This document shows, piece by piece, positions 26,623-38,300 of a stretch of DNA of 51,100 bases. The stretch's first letter is position 1. Every line of letters begins with the position of its first letter. The stretch lies in the sequence record DRR723986_1312; one strand, given 5' to 3'. Made by a program: the position numbers and the translations under genes. A model generated the notes under the pieces. The model saw only the letters and a program-made list of their open reading frames with translations. It searched no databases and was not told the DNA's origin.

Positions 26623-28650
26623 TTAAGCTAAATAGGGGAGTTGTGAAATCGCTTCCTCATACGTGCTCACTGGTTTGCGGCAGGTATGATCAAAGCACAC
26701 ATAAATTAAGGCATTTCCCGACGAATCAGGAGTTTTATCAGCAAGAATAGCGGCATTTTGTGTCAAACTATCTGAAAAAGCTAAAATCATATTTGACGAA
26801 TAGTTTTGCTGAAATTCCTTAGCCTTCTCGGATGCTCCCTTTCCGATAATAGCGATTTCGGCAGTTGGGACAAGCTTTTCCAAAAATAAACTTGCCCAAT
26901 TACAGAGAAATCCAGGTTCTTTCAGAATAAGTTCTTTCATGCCACCGAGCATTTTTGAAGCGATTTCAGAGTATTTCTCTTCGTAGGTAAAAAGAGAAAG
27001 TCGATGAAAATTCCTCGCCATGATGGAGTTGGAAGCAGGAATGACATTATCGAAAAGCTCTTTTTTATTAGCGATCAGTTTCTCTGCTTTGGGGTTGTTG
27101 AAGAAGAAAAAACCATCGCTTTCATCGTAAAACTCTGCCATGCAAAAATCTGAGAGAGATCTTGCCAAATCCAGCCATCTAGCATCTCCATTTGCTTCAA
27201 ATGCCATCATAGATGCTCTGATCACTGCTGCATAATCTTCCAAAAATCCAGGAGTGTAAGCCTTACAATTTTTGTAAGCACGGTGTAAAACTCCATCAAT
27301 CAGTAGTTTTTCCTGAAGAAATTCCAAGTTGCGGATAGCCAAATCTAGCATACTTTTTTCTCCAGTTGCATAATAGGATTGAATTAATCCTGCGCTCATC
27401 AGACCATTCCATCCGCTTAGGATTTTATCGTCTTTTCCTGGGAAAATCCGTCGGTTTCGTACTTCTAGAAGATGGGATTTTATATGCTTGAGCTTGGATT
27501 TGAAATCAGATGCACTCATTCCAAACTCTTTTGCTAGCGCGGCTTCTTCTTCTGTTTGGAAGAGAATATTCACTCCTTCTTCCCAGTTTCCACCTGGTTT
27601 GAGATTATATAATTTGCTAAACCAAGGTAATTCCTCTGGAATCAGTTCCTTCAACTCCTCGTAAGTCCAAACATAGAATTTACCTTCCACACCTTCAGAA
27701 TCTGCATCCTGTGCCGCATGAAATCCACCTTCTTTAGTTAGCATTTCTGCTTCTAGCCAACCTACAGTTTCAGTAACCTTCTCTTTGAAAAACTCGTCTT
27801 CGCTCACTTGATATGCTTTTGCGTACAATTCTAGCAGTTGCCCATTGTCGTATAACATCTTTTCGAAGTGCGGGGCAAACCATTCTCCATCCACAGAATA
27901 GCGGGCAAATCCACCTCTCAATTGATCGTAAATCCCGCCCATTCCGATCTTTTTCAGAGTGAAAAAGACTTTTTCAAGCATTTGGTCATTTTTGCTCATT
28001 ACTGCATAATCTAGAATGAAATGCCAGATTGCTGGCATAGGGAATTTAGGAACGCGATTCATACCTCCCCATTCTGAATCAAATTGAGCGATTATCTTGG
28101 TAGCAATTTCTGCGAGTTCATCCGGGTCCAATTCCTGATTTCCGGCAGAAATCCCGTATTTATCAGTTTCCCTTCTATTGAGACTGGTGCCAAATCCTTC
28201 GGCACTTTCAGCCAATTGATCTTCATGCTTTTCAAAGGCATTGGCGATGTTTGACAAAAGTCCTTTCCACTGCTGATTTGGGAAGTAGGTACCCCCATAA
28301 AAAGGTTTTTGATTTGGCATCAAAAAAACATTCAGAGGCCAACCTCCTTGCAATCCCATCGCCTGAACCGCATCCATATAAATATTATCGATGTCAGGTC
28401 GCTCTTCCCGGTCGATTTTGATGCAGACAAAATGAGCATTCATGATCTCAGCGGTAGACTCATCTTCGAAACTTTCCCGCTCCATCACATGACACCAGTG
28501 GCAAGCCGAATATCCGATGGAAACTAGAATCGGTTTATTCTCGCTTTTCGCTTTTTCTAATGCTTCAGCCCCCCAAGGCATCCAGTCGACAGGGTTATGT
28601 GCATGTTGGAGTAGGTAGGGGGATTGGGAATGAATTAGGCGATTAGACAT
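26623..28650 (-). CDS. Thioredoxin-domain protein, YyaL/SSP411 (DUF255) family
   Basis: [55 protein letters not shown]. Confidence 0.93.
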   Translation of the reverse strand: MSNRLIHSQSPYLLQHAHNPVDWMPWGAEALEKAKSENKPILVSIGYSACHWCHVMERESFEDESTAEIMNAHFVCIKIDREERPDIDNIYMDAVQAMGLQGGWPLNVFLMPNQKPFYGGTYFPNQQWKGLLSNIANAFEKHEDQLAESAEGFGTSLNRRETDKYGISAGNQELDPDELAEIATKIIAQFDSEWGGMNRVPKFPMPAIWHFILDYAVMSKNDQMLEKVFFTLKKIGMGGIYDQLRGGFARYSVDGEWFAPHFEKMLYDNGQLLELYAKAYQVSEDEFFKEKVTETVGWLEAEMLTKEGGFHAAQDADSEGVEGKFYVWTYEELKELIPEELPWFSKLYNLKPGGNWEEGVNILFQTEEEAALAKEFGMSASDFKSKLKHIKSHLLEVRNRRIFPGKDDKILSGWNGLMSAGLIQSYYATGEKSMLDLAIRNLEFLQEKLLIDGVLHRAYKNCKAYTPGFLEDYAAVIRASMMAFEANGDARWLDLARSLSDFCMAEFYDESDGFFFFNNPKAEKLIANKKELFDNVIPASNSIMARNFHRLSLFTYEEKYSEIASKMLGGMKELILKEPGFLCNWASLFLEKLVPTAEIAIIGKGASEKAKEFQQNYSSNMILAFSDSLTQNAAILADKTPDSSGNALIYVCFDHTCRKPVSTYEEAISQLPYLA

Positions 28651-28654
28651 AGTT

Positions 28655-28801
28655 AATTGGAAAATTGAAATATTTTAAAATTGAAAAATTAAAAGATAAT
28701 GGGTTGGAAAGTGGGAGGGTTGTAAGGTTTTTTTGAATGGAAATGACTGTAGGATATGCATAACACTAAGGATAATCTCGTAAATCGTACTTCGTAAATC
28801 T
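28655..28801. repeat. Degenerate 8-bp array (AATTGAAA-like, 28655-28694) and 7-bp array (TAAATCG-like, 28774-28801)
   Basis: aattggaa aattgaaa tattttaa aattgaaa aattaaaa; and aatctcg taaatcg tacttcg taaatct, whose last unit overlaps the GSCFA stop codon. Confidence 0.55.
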
Positions 28802-29777
28802 AACTAGTTAATATTCGTGTTTTAACTGAAGAGATCTCCTTAGAAAAATTAAATTCCTCATTCATTCGTTCCAGCTTTCTTAGAAGATTCTGTAGGAACT
28901 TTTGATGGGCCTCACTTTTTGGATTGAGTGGGCGATGGGAAAGTTCCAGATTGATTTTTCGAATTTCCTCTGCTTTAGCCTTAGTTTCTGCTGTGAAATG
29001 TGTGGATTTCCACTTTTCCCAGATATAATTTTCTGCTTCCTCACTCGGATGAATCAAGTCAGACTTATAAAAGCGATAGTCTCGCAATTCATCTATAATT
29101 ATTTCGTAAGCAGGGAAGTAAGTGATGTTATTGTATCTTTTTTCTAACTCATAGCATAACACCCTTAGGAGGCTCTTGCTGAGTTGGTTTTCAGGTAGCC
29201 CATCTTTGATGTGTCTGACTGGACTGACAGTTAAGATGATTTTAAGGTTCGGATATGCTCTGGAAATGTTTCCAAAAACGTGATCGAAATGAGAAGTCAT
29301 CTCATCCAAAGACATGAGTTTCTTTCTAAAATGCTTCTGCGGAATTTTGTGACAGTTGGCTACTCTTCCGAATTCTTCTGTCTCGTAAATCCAAGATGTA
29401 CCAAAAGTCAGGATTAGATGAGTTCCTGTTTCCAGATACTCTTTCACTTGCGCTAGTTTTAGGGTATATTTTTGCTCCAAATCTTCCTTAGAAAAACCAT
29501 GGAGATCTGAGTGTGCGCCAAAATAGAAAAATACCCCATCACGTTCGATCACTCCATTTTCTTCCATTTTATCCTGAAACATGGCATGATCCAGCAGATC
29601 ACCCAGAATCATCGGGTGGAAGATCGTCCCGAAAGGATTGATCAGACTATCCATTTTAGCATCAATCATCTTCTGCCCAATCGTCTGCGCAAAGCAGGAA
29701 CCCATACTTAGGATTTTGCTCTGATGGGAAATAGGAAATTGTGATTCAGGAATAGTGAATTCGGTGGACCATTGCAT
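28800..29777 (-). CDS. GSCFA domain-containing protein
   Basis: MGSCFA, NPFG, VANCHK, TVSPVRH, YFPAYE..DELRDYRFY..D..HP. Confidence 0.93.
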   Translation of the reverse strand: MQWSTEFTIPESQFPISHQSKILSMGSCFAQTIGQKMIDAKMDSLINPFGTIFHPMILGDLLDHAMFQDKMEENGVIERDGVFFYFGAHSDLHGFSKEDLEQKYTLKLAQVKEYLETGTHLILTFGTSWIYETEEFGRVANCHKIPQKHFRKKLMSLDEMTSHFDHVFGNISRAYPNLKIILTVSPVRHIKDGLPENQLSKSLLRVLCYELEKRYNNITYFPAYEIIIDELRDYRFYKSDLIHPSEEAENYIWEKWKSTHFTAETKAKAEEIRKINLELSHRPLNPKSEAHQKFLQNLLRKLERMNEEFNFSKEISSVKTRILTS

Positions 29778-29919
29778 ACCCGAAATTAAGCATTGTGACT
29801 CGATTCCCTAACTGAAAGAAATATGCGTTTCCAATTAATTTTGGATACTTTCTAAAAATTTTTCAGCAATTCTGTGATTTTTATCAAAGAACCAAGACTA
29901 ATGGAGTAAATGAAATCAA

Positions 29920-30429
29920 ATGAGTAAAGAGGAAGAGTTCGTCAATCTTATCCATGAAAATCAGGGACTGATCTATAAGATCGCCACGATCTATGCGAAG
30001 GAAAAAGCCGAACAGGATGATTTGTATCAAGAGATTGTTTACCAGACGTGGAAGTCTTTTGACCATTTCAAAAAAGCTTCGAAGCCTAGTACTTGGTTGT
30101 ACAGAGTGGGCATGAACACGGCTATTACTCATTTGAATAAGTCCAAAAAACAGTTGAATACCCTGCCTTTTGACCAGGTAACCATTCAATTTTCTGAGTC
30201 AAATGATTCTGAGCGAGAAGAGAAAATCCAGCTACTTTATACCCAGATCAGAAAATTGAATCTGCTGGATAGGGGAATCATTTTTCTCTTTTTGGAAGAA
30301 AAAACCTACGAGGAAATCGCTGAGATCTCCGGAATCTCAGTGAGCAACGTAGGTACAAGAATGTCTAGAATCAGGCAAAAACTAAAATCAGAAATGAATC
30401 CTAAATCTACTACCGATGGAACTCGATGA
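29920..30429 (+). CDS. ECF RNA polymerase sigma factor
   Basis: DDLYQEI, STWLYRVGMNTAI (region 2); YEEIAEISGISVSNVGTRMSRIRQKL (region 4). Confidence 0.93.
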   Translation: MSKEEEFVNLIHENQGLIYKIATIYAKEKAEQDDLYQEIVYQTWKSFDHFKKASKPSTWLYRVGMNTAITHLNKSKKQLNTLPFDQVTIQFSESNDSEREEKIQLLYTQIRKLNLLDRGIIFLFLEEKTYEEIAEISGISVSNVGTRMSRIRQKLKSEMNPKSTTDGTR

Positions 30430-31009
30430 AATGAAGTCACTTTGGGCTGACCTCAGCCTGCAGGTGGAAAAACAAGATAAAATCCAAAAAGAACTTCTTA
30501 TGGAAATCACCAAGCAAAAATTCAGAAGTAAGCTTAACAGTGTCAGAATCCCCGAAATAATAGGATCTTTGGTCTGTGTGGGCTATGCGATGTACTTTCT
30601 TTCTCGATTTGGAGAGTTTGAATTGTGGTACAATCAAATATTTGCACTCGTCTGTATCTTTCTTATGATCGCACTACCAACAGCTAGTTTGACAGCAATA
30701 AAAGGAATGAGGGATTTGAAAATTGATACTGAAACTCCGGCTGGGATAATGGACAAGTTTGTCAAAAGCAAGGTTAGGTTTTGGAAGGTTCAGCGCTATG
30801 GGATGATTTTTGGTGTCATCTTAATGATTGCCATATTGCCGCCACTTGTGGAGTTGAATGGGGCTGATGAGATAATTCAGAAACCATGGTTTTGGGGATT
30901 ATATGTTCCAGGAGGTTTAATATTTATGTTTTTATTCACACGCTTCGTTTATAAAAAGTATAAAGGGACAATTTCAGCTTCTGAAAAAATGCTTCGTGAC
31001 ATCGATTGA
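30416..31009 (+). CDS. Membrane protein, putative anti-sigma factor
   Basis: MELDEMKSLW N-terminus, four TM helices, overlaps the sigma gene by 14 bp. Confidence 0.7.
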   Translation: MELDEMKSLWADLSLQVEKQDKIQKELLMEITKQKFRSKLNSVRIPEIIGSLVCVGYAMYFLSRFGEFELWYNQIFALVCIFLMIALPTASLTAIKGMRDLKIDTETPAGIMDKFVKSKVRFWKVQRYGMIFGVILMIAILPPLVELNGADEIIQKPWFWGLYVPGGLIFMFLFTRFVYKKYKGTISASEKMLRDID

Positions 31010-31017
31010 TTAAAAAC

Positions 31018-31047
31018 AAAAGGAGCTGTGTTGAGCAGCTCCTTTTT
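31018..31047. terminator. Bidirectional intrinsic terminator
   Basis: aaaaggagctg-tgttgag-cagctcctttt between convergent genes. Confidence 0.85.
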
Positions 31048-31052
31048 AGTAA

Positions 31053-31805
31053 TTATTTCACTTGTTTTTCTTCTTTTTTCAGTTCTTCCCAAAGTCGTTT
31101 CACTTGCAAATCGCCGTATCCATAAATAGGATATTTGATGTGGAAAGCGCGAAAGATTTTACCGAAATCATCTGTTTCCAGTTGTGCTGAGATTTCTTTT
31201 AGAGCCTCTTTTGGCTTGCCCAAATATTCTCCATGCGGAAGGGATTCTTTCCAAGCTACTACTGCGGGATACAGAAATGGTAGCTCTGGGCTCACTTGTT
31301 TGGAAAGGGTAAGAGCTTCAGAAACGTCCGGTCTTTGGTAAAGATCCCACATATCACGCAGGATATGTCTTTCGTTTTTGGTGAGCAATTTGGCATTTCG
31401 GTAGGCTTGTTCTAATTGCAGTTGATTCATGCCTCCAAAACCCTCAATGAGGTCGGTAGTTGGCGACACCAGGTAAACGTCGCCTGTGTGATTTTTCAGT
31501 AAAAACATGGAAAACCACAAGTTGACCTGACAAAAAAGATCATTTTCAAACCAGAGATAAACCTTGGTATCTGCAGTAGCAGTCATGATTTTTTCAAACT
31601 CAGGAACCACTTTTGCGAAATAATCCTCTTCGGAAGCCCCTGTATAATTCGATTTTAGAAATTTCTCTCGAATCAGCCAGAGCCCTTCTATTGAATTTGC
31701 TTTTACAGGGCCATCTATGAGAGCTTCCCTGGCAACTGCGATTTTACCAGGGATACTTGCCGGAAAAACTTCAGCTAAGGCGTCACCATTTAAAACGTGT
31801 AGCAT
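31053..31805 (-). CDS. DUF1835-like hypothetical protein
   Basis: LHVLNGD, REALIDGP, LWFENDLFCQVN, YGYGDLQV. Confidence 0.75.
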   Translation of the reverse strand: MLHVLNGDALAEVFPASIPGKIAVAREALIDGPVKANSIEGLWLIREKFLKSNYTGASEEDYFAKVVPEFEKIMTATADTKVYLWFENDLFCQVNLWFSMFLLKNHTGDVYLVSPTTDLIEGFGGMNQLQLEQAYRNAKLLTKNERHILRDMWDLYQRPDVSEALTLSKQVSPELPFLYPAVVAWKESLPHGEYLGKPKEALKEISAQLETDDFGKIFRAFHIKYPIYGYGDLQVKRLWEELKKEEKQVK

Positions 31806-31809
31806 GATT

Positions 31810-32229
31810 TTATTTTTGGTTATTGTGATAGACTAAATTTATGGAAGTACGGATCATTTCCCGAAAAATTTCTTCATCAACGTCAGACATTTTGTTGATA
31901 TAAAGACATCCTTTTGATTTTTTATGTTTACCTAGTTTTGAAAGAAAAGGTTCCAAAATTGTCCATTCTAGCATGATGTAAATGGCGATTGACTGTTTTC
32001 TTGGTGAATAGCCTGCTGGAAACCAGTCCATTACTTTACCAGAAGAATACTGGTAACTATAGCTGCCAAAACCTACAATACTTGGTCCCCACATGACGGC
32101 ATCTTTACCGGTTTCCTCTTTGAAGATTTGAAGTAGTTTAAATCCATCGTCTTTTCGGGTAGGATGTTCTATGGCGTTGAGAAAGTCTTCAACCGAAGCA
32201 TTTGTGGGTTTGGTTTTTAGTTCTGACAT
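31810..32229 (-). CDS. DUF1801 (YdhG-like) protein
   Basis: KTKPT..SV..F, MWGPSIVGFGSY.Y, SPRK, LGKHK.SKGCLYI. Confidence 0.88.
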   Translation of the reverse strand: MSELKTKPTNASVEDFLNAIEHPTRKDDGFKLLQIFKEETGKDAVMWGPSIVGFGSYSYQYSSGKVMDWFPAGYSPRKQSIAIYIMLEWTILEPFLSKLGKHKKSKGCLYINKMSDVDEEIFREMIRTSINLVYHNNQK

Positions 32230-32432
32230 ACTTGATAAAAGTGTATTTCTTTTTTGTTGGGTAGAGAATTTATGATAATAGCTTTTTTGGCAGTTGAATT
32301 TCTAGATATAAGGTGTTGTTTTCCAGTTTTTTCAATAAAAATGTGATTTAAACTGTTTTTTAGCCTCTTATCGTAATCCTGTTATGGCTTTGGTTTGTTT
32401 ATGGTACTTTTCACTAACCAAAATATAACAAT

Positions 32433-34871
32433 ATGAAAATAAGAGCTACTAAAATCTTTGCTTTAGTTATTTTCCTCGGATTCCAAGGGGTAGAACTGTT
32501 TGGGCAGAGCACATATCAAACTCCTCCCAAAGCAATAGCTGACTTGGTCAATGCGCCAAGTACGCCTTCAGTAAGATGGAGCAAAAATGGGGAATGGATG
32601 CTGCTCATGGAGCGTTCAGATAATCCAAGTATAGAGACGCTTTCTCAACCAGAATTAAAAATAGCTGGAATGAGAATTAATCCTGCCACATCTGGCCCAA
32701 GCCGCCAAATAGGGGTAGAGAATATCAAAATTAAGAAAACTCAATCAGGAGAGGAGATTCAGATTACAGGATTGCCTTCCATGCCAAATATGGGCGGAAT
32801 GAGCTTTTCTCATGACGAAAAGTACATGAGCTTCATTCAGACTGATGCTGATGGTATAAGTTTATGGCTTGTCGATTTGAATACCTTTTCTGCGAAAAAG
32901 CTTACTGATAAAATCATCAATGATGTCTATGGAAATCCAGTTGCTTGGACTCCAGATAATAAATTGCTAGTAAAAGCAGTAAATCCAACCCGAGGAGAGA
33001 TTCCAAAGAGACCTGCAGCCCCAGCGGGTCCGATTATTCAGGAGACTACCGGCGATGCAGCTCCGAGCAGAACTTATCAGGATTTGTTGGAGAATTCTTA
33101 TGATGAAGCGCTTTTTGCCTATTTCATGGATTCTCAGTTGATGAAGATTGACTTGGAAGGGAATAAAACACCTATTGGTCCGTCTGGAATGATCAAATCA
33201 ATGGATCTTTCTCCAGATGGAAACTATATTATGGTGGATTTGATTAAGAAGCCATTTTCATATTTGGTGCCAGCGAGTAGATTTCCATATGATGTGGAAA
33301 TTTGGTCTATAGATGGTAAGAAAGTGAAAGCTTTGGCACAGATTCCTTTGGATGAAAATAGACCGACTGGTTTTGATGCTACAGTTACAGGTCCTAGAAA
33401 TATCAATTGGAGAGCGGATAAGCCTGCCATGCTGTATTGGGTGGAAGCCCAAGACGGTGGGGATGCACGGGTAGAGGTAGAAGTGCGTGAGATTATTTAC
33501 ACGTTGGCTGCACCATTCGCTGGTACAAAGCAAAAACTGGCAACTACCCCTTATAGATTCGGAGGTATAATTTGGTCCGATGATTCTTTTGCTATTATGG
33601 GTGAGCGCTGGTCGAGAACTAGAATGGACAAGCGATCAATCATTAATCCTTCAGATCCTTCCCAGCCAAAGCAGGTGATCATAGAGCGTTCATCGGATGA
33701 TTTATACAATGATCCGGGTGATCCAGTGATGGTGGAAAATGAATTTGGGGAAAATGTAATGCTTCGCAAAGGTGACTTAGTTTATATGACAAGCCCAGGA
33801 GGATCGCCAGAAGGAGATATGCCTTATTTATCAACTTTCAATACCAAAACAAAAGAGGAGAAGATCCTTTGGAGATCACAGGCTCCATTTTATGAAAGAG
33901 TCGCCAAGGTGTTAAATGATGATGCTACAGAATTTATTACGATTAAGGAGAGCACTGATATTCAACCAAATTATTGGTTAGTCAATACCAAAAAGCGAAT
34001 AGCTCCGCGTCAACTGACTAACTTTGACAACCCTTATGAATCAATCAAGGGAATACAAAAACAGCTGGTCACTTATAAAAGAAATGATGGGTTGAATCTT
34101 TCGGCTGTGATTTATACCCCTGAGGGTTTTGAGCCAGGGAAAGATGCTCCCTTGCCAGTATTAATGTGGGCTTATCCAAGGGAATACAAATCCAAAGAAG
34201 TAGCAGCTCAAGTAAGAGGCTCGCAATATTCCTTTACGAGGGTTAGTTCTGGATCACCTCTTTTCTGGGTGACTCGAGGCTATGCGATCATGGATAGAAC
34301 CGAAATGCCAATCGTAGGTGAAGGGGATAAAGAGCCTAACGATTATTTTATTGATCAGCTTGTTGCTAATGCGGAAGCGGCCATAGATGAAATCGTGGAC
34401 TTGGGGATAGGTGACAGAGATAGAATTGCAGTCGGTGGCCACTCTTATGGGGCATTTATGACTGCAAATTTGCTTTCACATACCAATTTATTTGCGGCGG
34501 GAATTGCTAGAAGTGGCGCATACAACAGGACATTGACGCCATTTGGGTTTCAGTATGAGCAAAGAACGTATTGGGAAGCCCCAGAGGTGTATTTCAATAT
34601 GTCTCCTTTCTCCTTTGCACATAAAGTAGAAACTCCGATACTGCTTCTTCATGGTCAGGCAGACAATAATTCAGGAACCTTTCCTATACAATCTGAGCGA
34701 TATTACAATGCACTAAAAGGTCATGGTGCCACTGCACGACTTGTATTTCTACCAAATGAGAGTCATGGATACGCAGCTAAGGAATCCATTAACCATATGC
34801 TGTGGGAAATGGATAACTGGCTAGAGAAATACGTGAAGAATAAAAATCAAATAGAAAAAACAGATTTGTAG
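32433..34871 (+). CDS. Secreted S9 family serine peptidase (glutamyl endopeptidase-like)
   Basis: Signal peptide, propeller region, GGHSYGAFM nucleophile, RSGAYNRTLTPFGFQ, HG.ADNN, ESHGY. Confidence 0.92.
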   Translation: MKIRATKIFALVIFLGFQGVELFGQSTYQTPPKAIADLVNAPSTPSVRWSKNGEWMLLMERSDNPSIETLSQPELKIAGMRINPATSGPSRQIGVENIKIKKTQSGEEIQITGLPSMPNMGGMSFSHDEKYMSFIQTDADGISLWLVDLNTFSAKKLTDKIINDVYGNPVAWTPDNKLLVKAVNPTRGEIPKRPAAPAGPIIQETTGDAAPSRTYQDLLENSYDEALFAYFMDSQLMKIDLEGNKTPIGPSGMIKSMDLSPDGNYIMVDLIKKPFSYLVPASRFPYDVEIWSIDGKKVKALAQIPLDENRPTGFDATVTGPRNINWRADKPAMLYWVEAQDGGDARVEVEVREIIYTLAAPFAGTKQKLATTPYRFGGIIWSDDSFAIMGERWSRTRMDKRSIINPSDPSQPKQVIIERSSDDLYNDPGDPVMVENEFGENVMLRKGDLVYMTSPGGSPEGDMPYLSTFNTKTKEEKILWRSQAPFYERVAKVLNDDATEFITIKESTDIQPNYWLVNTKKRIAPRQLTNFDNPYESIKGIQKQLVTYKRNDGLNLSAVIYTPEGFEPGKDAPLPVLMWAYPREYKSKEVAAQVRGSQYSFTRVSSGSPLFWVTRGYAIMDRTEMPIVGEGDKEPNDYFIDQLVANAEAAIDEIVDLGIGDRDRIAVGGHSYGAFMTANLLSHTNLFAAGIARSGAYNRTLTPFGFQYEQRTYWEAPEVYFNMSPFSFAHKVETPILLLHGQADNNSGTFPIQSERYYNALKGHGATARLVFLPNESHGYAAKESINHMLWEMDNWLEKYVKNKNQIEKTDL

Positions 34872-34888
34872 CCATTAAGGGCTGATTT

Positions 34889-34934
34889 AAAATCTCACTT
34901 ATTCCTATTCTACAAAGGGGATAGGTGAGGTTTT
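34889..34934 (+). terminator. Hairpin after the S9 peptidase gene
   Basis: aaaatctcacttattcc...gggataggtgaggtttt pairs with G-U wobbles on the + strand. Confidence 0.55.
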
Positions 34935-35055
34935 ATTCTTCTTAATCTCGTAAAAAGGCTAGGTCAAAATGGACTATTCTGAATAGTGAATATTATGGTT
35001 TTCAAAAAATGGATGTTTTTTTGACAAAAGTTGAATATAAAATCATAAATCAGGT

Positions 35056-35063
35056 TAAATTTG
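35056..35063 (+). promoter_or_regulatory. Candidate -7 element (TAAATTTG) for the first susC-susD pair
   Basis: Matches TAnnTTTG, with TTG ~22 nt upstream; would imply a ~260-nt leader. Confidence 0.4.
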
Positions 35064-35324
35064 CCTTCTTAGAACCCAGATATATAGTAATAAAAGTGTC
35101 CGATTTTGAAAATATGGTTTTTTCTATTTTTTCCCATTTAAAATTTGACGCACCAAATGAAAGATTATGAGAAATAGTTTCAGCGGTAGATACTTGATTT
35201 TTAGCTATCAGAAAATTGTGATTTCTCGGACTCTGCTTTAAAAAAAAACCACTACAAAATTTCGATTAAATTAAATAAGCAGCTTCAAGGTGAGGCTGTC
35301 AGTGTAAACAATTAATTAAACTTT

Positions 35325-38300
35325 ATGAAAAAAGCGTTACTCAGTATGCTCTTTGGATTACTGATCTCCAGCTCGGTGTTTGCGCAGCAGCGTACCATCA
35401 CTGGGAGGGTGATTTCAGAAGAAGAGCCGGAAGGACTCATTGGAGTCAACATTTTGGTTAAAGGAACTGGTACAGGTGTTATTACCGATTTAGACGGTAG
35501 TTATACTTTACAAGTGCCTGACGGTGCTACCACTTTGGTGTTTAGCTACATAGGTTATTTGAGTAAAGAAGAGGTTATAGGTAATAGATCTGAGATCAAT
35601 GTGACCTTGTCTCCAGATGCTCAAAGTCTTGACGAAGTAATTATTACTGCTTATGGTGGTACTATGGACAAGGGTAACTTTACTGGTTCTGCGGTTTCCC
35701 TGAAAGGTGACAAAATTGCGGATCGCCCTATAAACAACGTAGTAAACGCGATAGAAGGACAAGCTCCAGGTGTAATCACTACTTCTGCTTCTGGTCAGCC
35801 AGGTGCAACTCCAGCAGTTAGGATTCGTGGTGTAGGTTCTGTGAACTCTTCCTCTTCTCCACTTTATGTGGTAGATGGAGTTCCTTATGACGGAGATCTT
35901 TCTAACCTAAACCCATCTGATATCGAGGATATGACTATCCTAAAGGATGCATCTTCTTCTGCATTATACGGTGCTAGAGCTGCGAACGGTGTAATTATGA
36001 TTACTACCAAAACTGGTAAGAAGAATCAACCTACATTCAACTTGAAGATTCAGCAAGGTTTTTCAGGAAGAGCACTTCCTGAGTATGACCGTGTGAATCC
36101 TGATCAGTACTATCCTTTGGTATGGGAGTCTTTGAACAACAGTAGACTAGGCGCTGGTCAATCAGCGGCTGATGCTGCACAATATGCTTCTACCAATTTG
36201 ATCGACAACGTTCTTAAGTATAATATTTATAATGTACCAAATGATCAGGTAGTTGGATTAGACGGAACTTTGAATCCAAATGCGGTAAATAACTTTGAAG
36301 GACTTGATTGGTTTGACGAACTACAGAGAAGGGGTGACAGAAAAGAGTACAACTTAACCTACTCTGGAGGATCAGAAAAGACGGATTTCTATACTTCTTT
36401 CAACTATTTGAATGAAAAAGGATTCGTCATTCAATCTGATATCGAAAGATTTACTGGTCGTGTGAATGTTAATACGCAAGCTACTAAGTGGTTGAAGACT
36501 GGTTTGAACCTTTCTGCTACAATGAGTGAAGGAAATAACTCTAGATCTACTGGTAGCTCTAGTTATGTAAATCCTTTCTTCTTTGCTAGAAATATAGGTC
36601 CAATCTACCCGGTATATGCTCAGAACATGCAAACAGGTGGTTTTATACTTGATGAGAATGGTAATAAAATCTTCGATACTGGTAACTTATCTGAGCTAGG
36701 GCTTCCTAGTAGAGGTTCAGACGCTTCAGCAGGTCGTCACGCAGTACAAGAAACCTTACTAAATGTTGATTCCTTCGACAGAGATGTCATTTCAGGGAGA
36801 GCATATGTAGAAGCGAAATTTCTAAAGAATTTTACCATTAGAACTAATATATCTACAGATATGACTTCCTTATTGGAAGTGGGTTATGATAACCAAATCG
36901 TAGGTGATGGTGCTCCAGCTGGTAGAACTAACAGAGGAAACTATAGAACAAACTCTCTTACTTTCAACCAAATTTTGTCTTACTCCAAAGTTTTCCAGGA
37001 GAAGCATTTCGTAGAAGCTTTAGTTGGACATGAGAATTACAATTACCAGCAAGTAAGACAGTATCTATCTAAGCAAGATCAGATTTTGGACGGTAATATT
37101 GAGCCAGACAACTTCGTGACGATTAACTCTGCTACTGGTAGAACTGACGTTGATAGAATTGAATCTTACTTCAGCAGAGTAAACTATGTTTATGATGATA
37201 AGTACTCTTTGTCTGCTTCATTCAGAAGAGATGGTTCTTCCAGGTTTTACAAAGATGTAAGATGGGGTAACTTCTTCTCAGTAGGTGGTGCTTGGACTAT
37301 TGATCAGGAGAATTTCTTCAACTCTGACTTTATTCAGTTGTTAAAATTAAGAGCCTCTTATGGTCAGGTAGGTAATAATAATGTTGATGGATATTATCCG
37401 TGGCAGGCACTTTATGACCTTGGGAACAATAACGGACCTGAGCCAGGAATCTTGCAATCTTCCTTATCTGCGAGAGAACTCGTATGGGAGTCTAATAATA
37501 CCTTTGATATAGGATTTGATTTTGCTTTTGGCAATAGATTCCAGGGTACTATTGAGTATTTCAATAGAGTTTCTGAAAACTTATTATTTGAAGTTCCTTT
37601 GTCTTTAACAACTGGCTTGTCTAGCAGAATCCAAAACATTGGTACAATGAGCAATCAAGGTATTGAGTTCAGCATCTCTGGTGATGTGGTTAGAGCAAGT
37701 GATTTCACATGGAATGTAGGCTTGAATGTTTCAACTTTTGATAACGAATTCAAGAAGCTTCCTTTTGAAGACCAAATCAATGGTACGAAAAAGTATGAAG
37801 TTGGTAGCTCTATCTATGATTTCTGGTTGAGAGACTGGTATGGTGTAGATCCTGCAACTGGTGACGGATTATTCCGTGCTGATGAGTATGCTGAAGATGA
37901 CGCCGATATTAGAATAATCGGTTCAGATACCCTTACAGTGGACCAAGGAAATGCGAGATTCCATTATGCTGGAAGCGCGATTCCTGACTTCTTCGGTGGT
38001 TTGACTAACACCTTCACATACAAAGGTTTTTCTCTAAGTGTTTTGATGAGCTTCTCTGTAGGTGGAGATATCTATGATGGAATCTACGGTGGATTGATGG
38101 ATGCGGCTACTGAAGGTGGTGCATTGCATACTGATATACTTAACAGATGGCAACAGCCAGGTGATATCACAGATGTACCTAAAATGGACGTAACTGGAGC
38201 TGCTGATACTAATGTAGCATCTGATCGTTGGTTGACTTCAGCTTCTTATTTGAATTTCCGTTCTGTGAACCTTTCTTACACTGTTCCAAAAGCATTTTTG

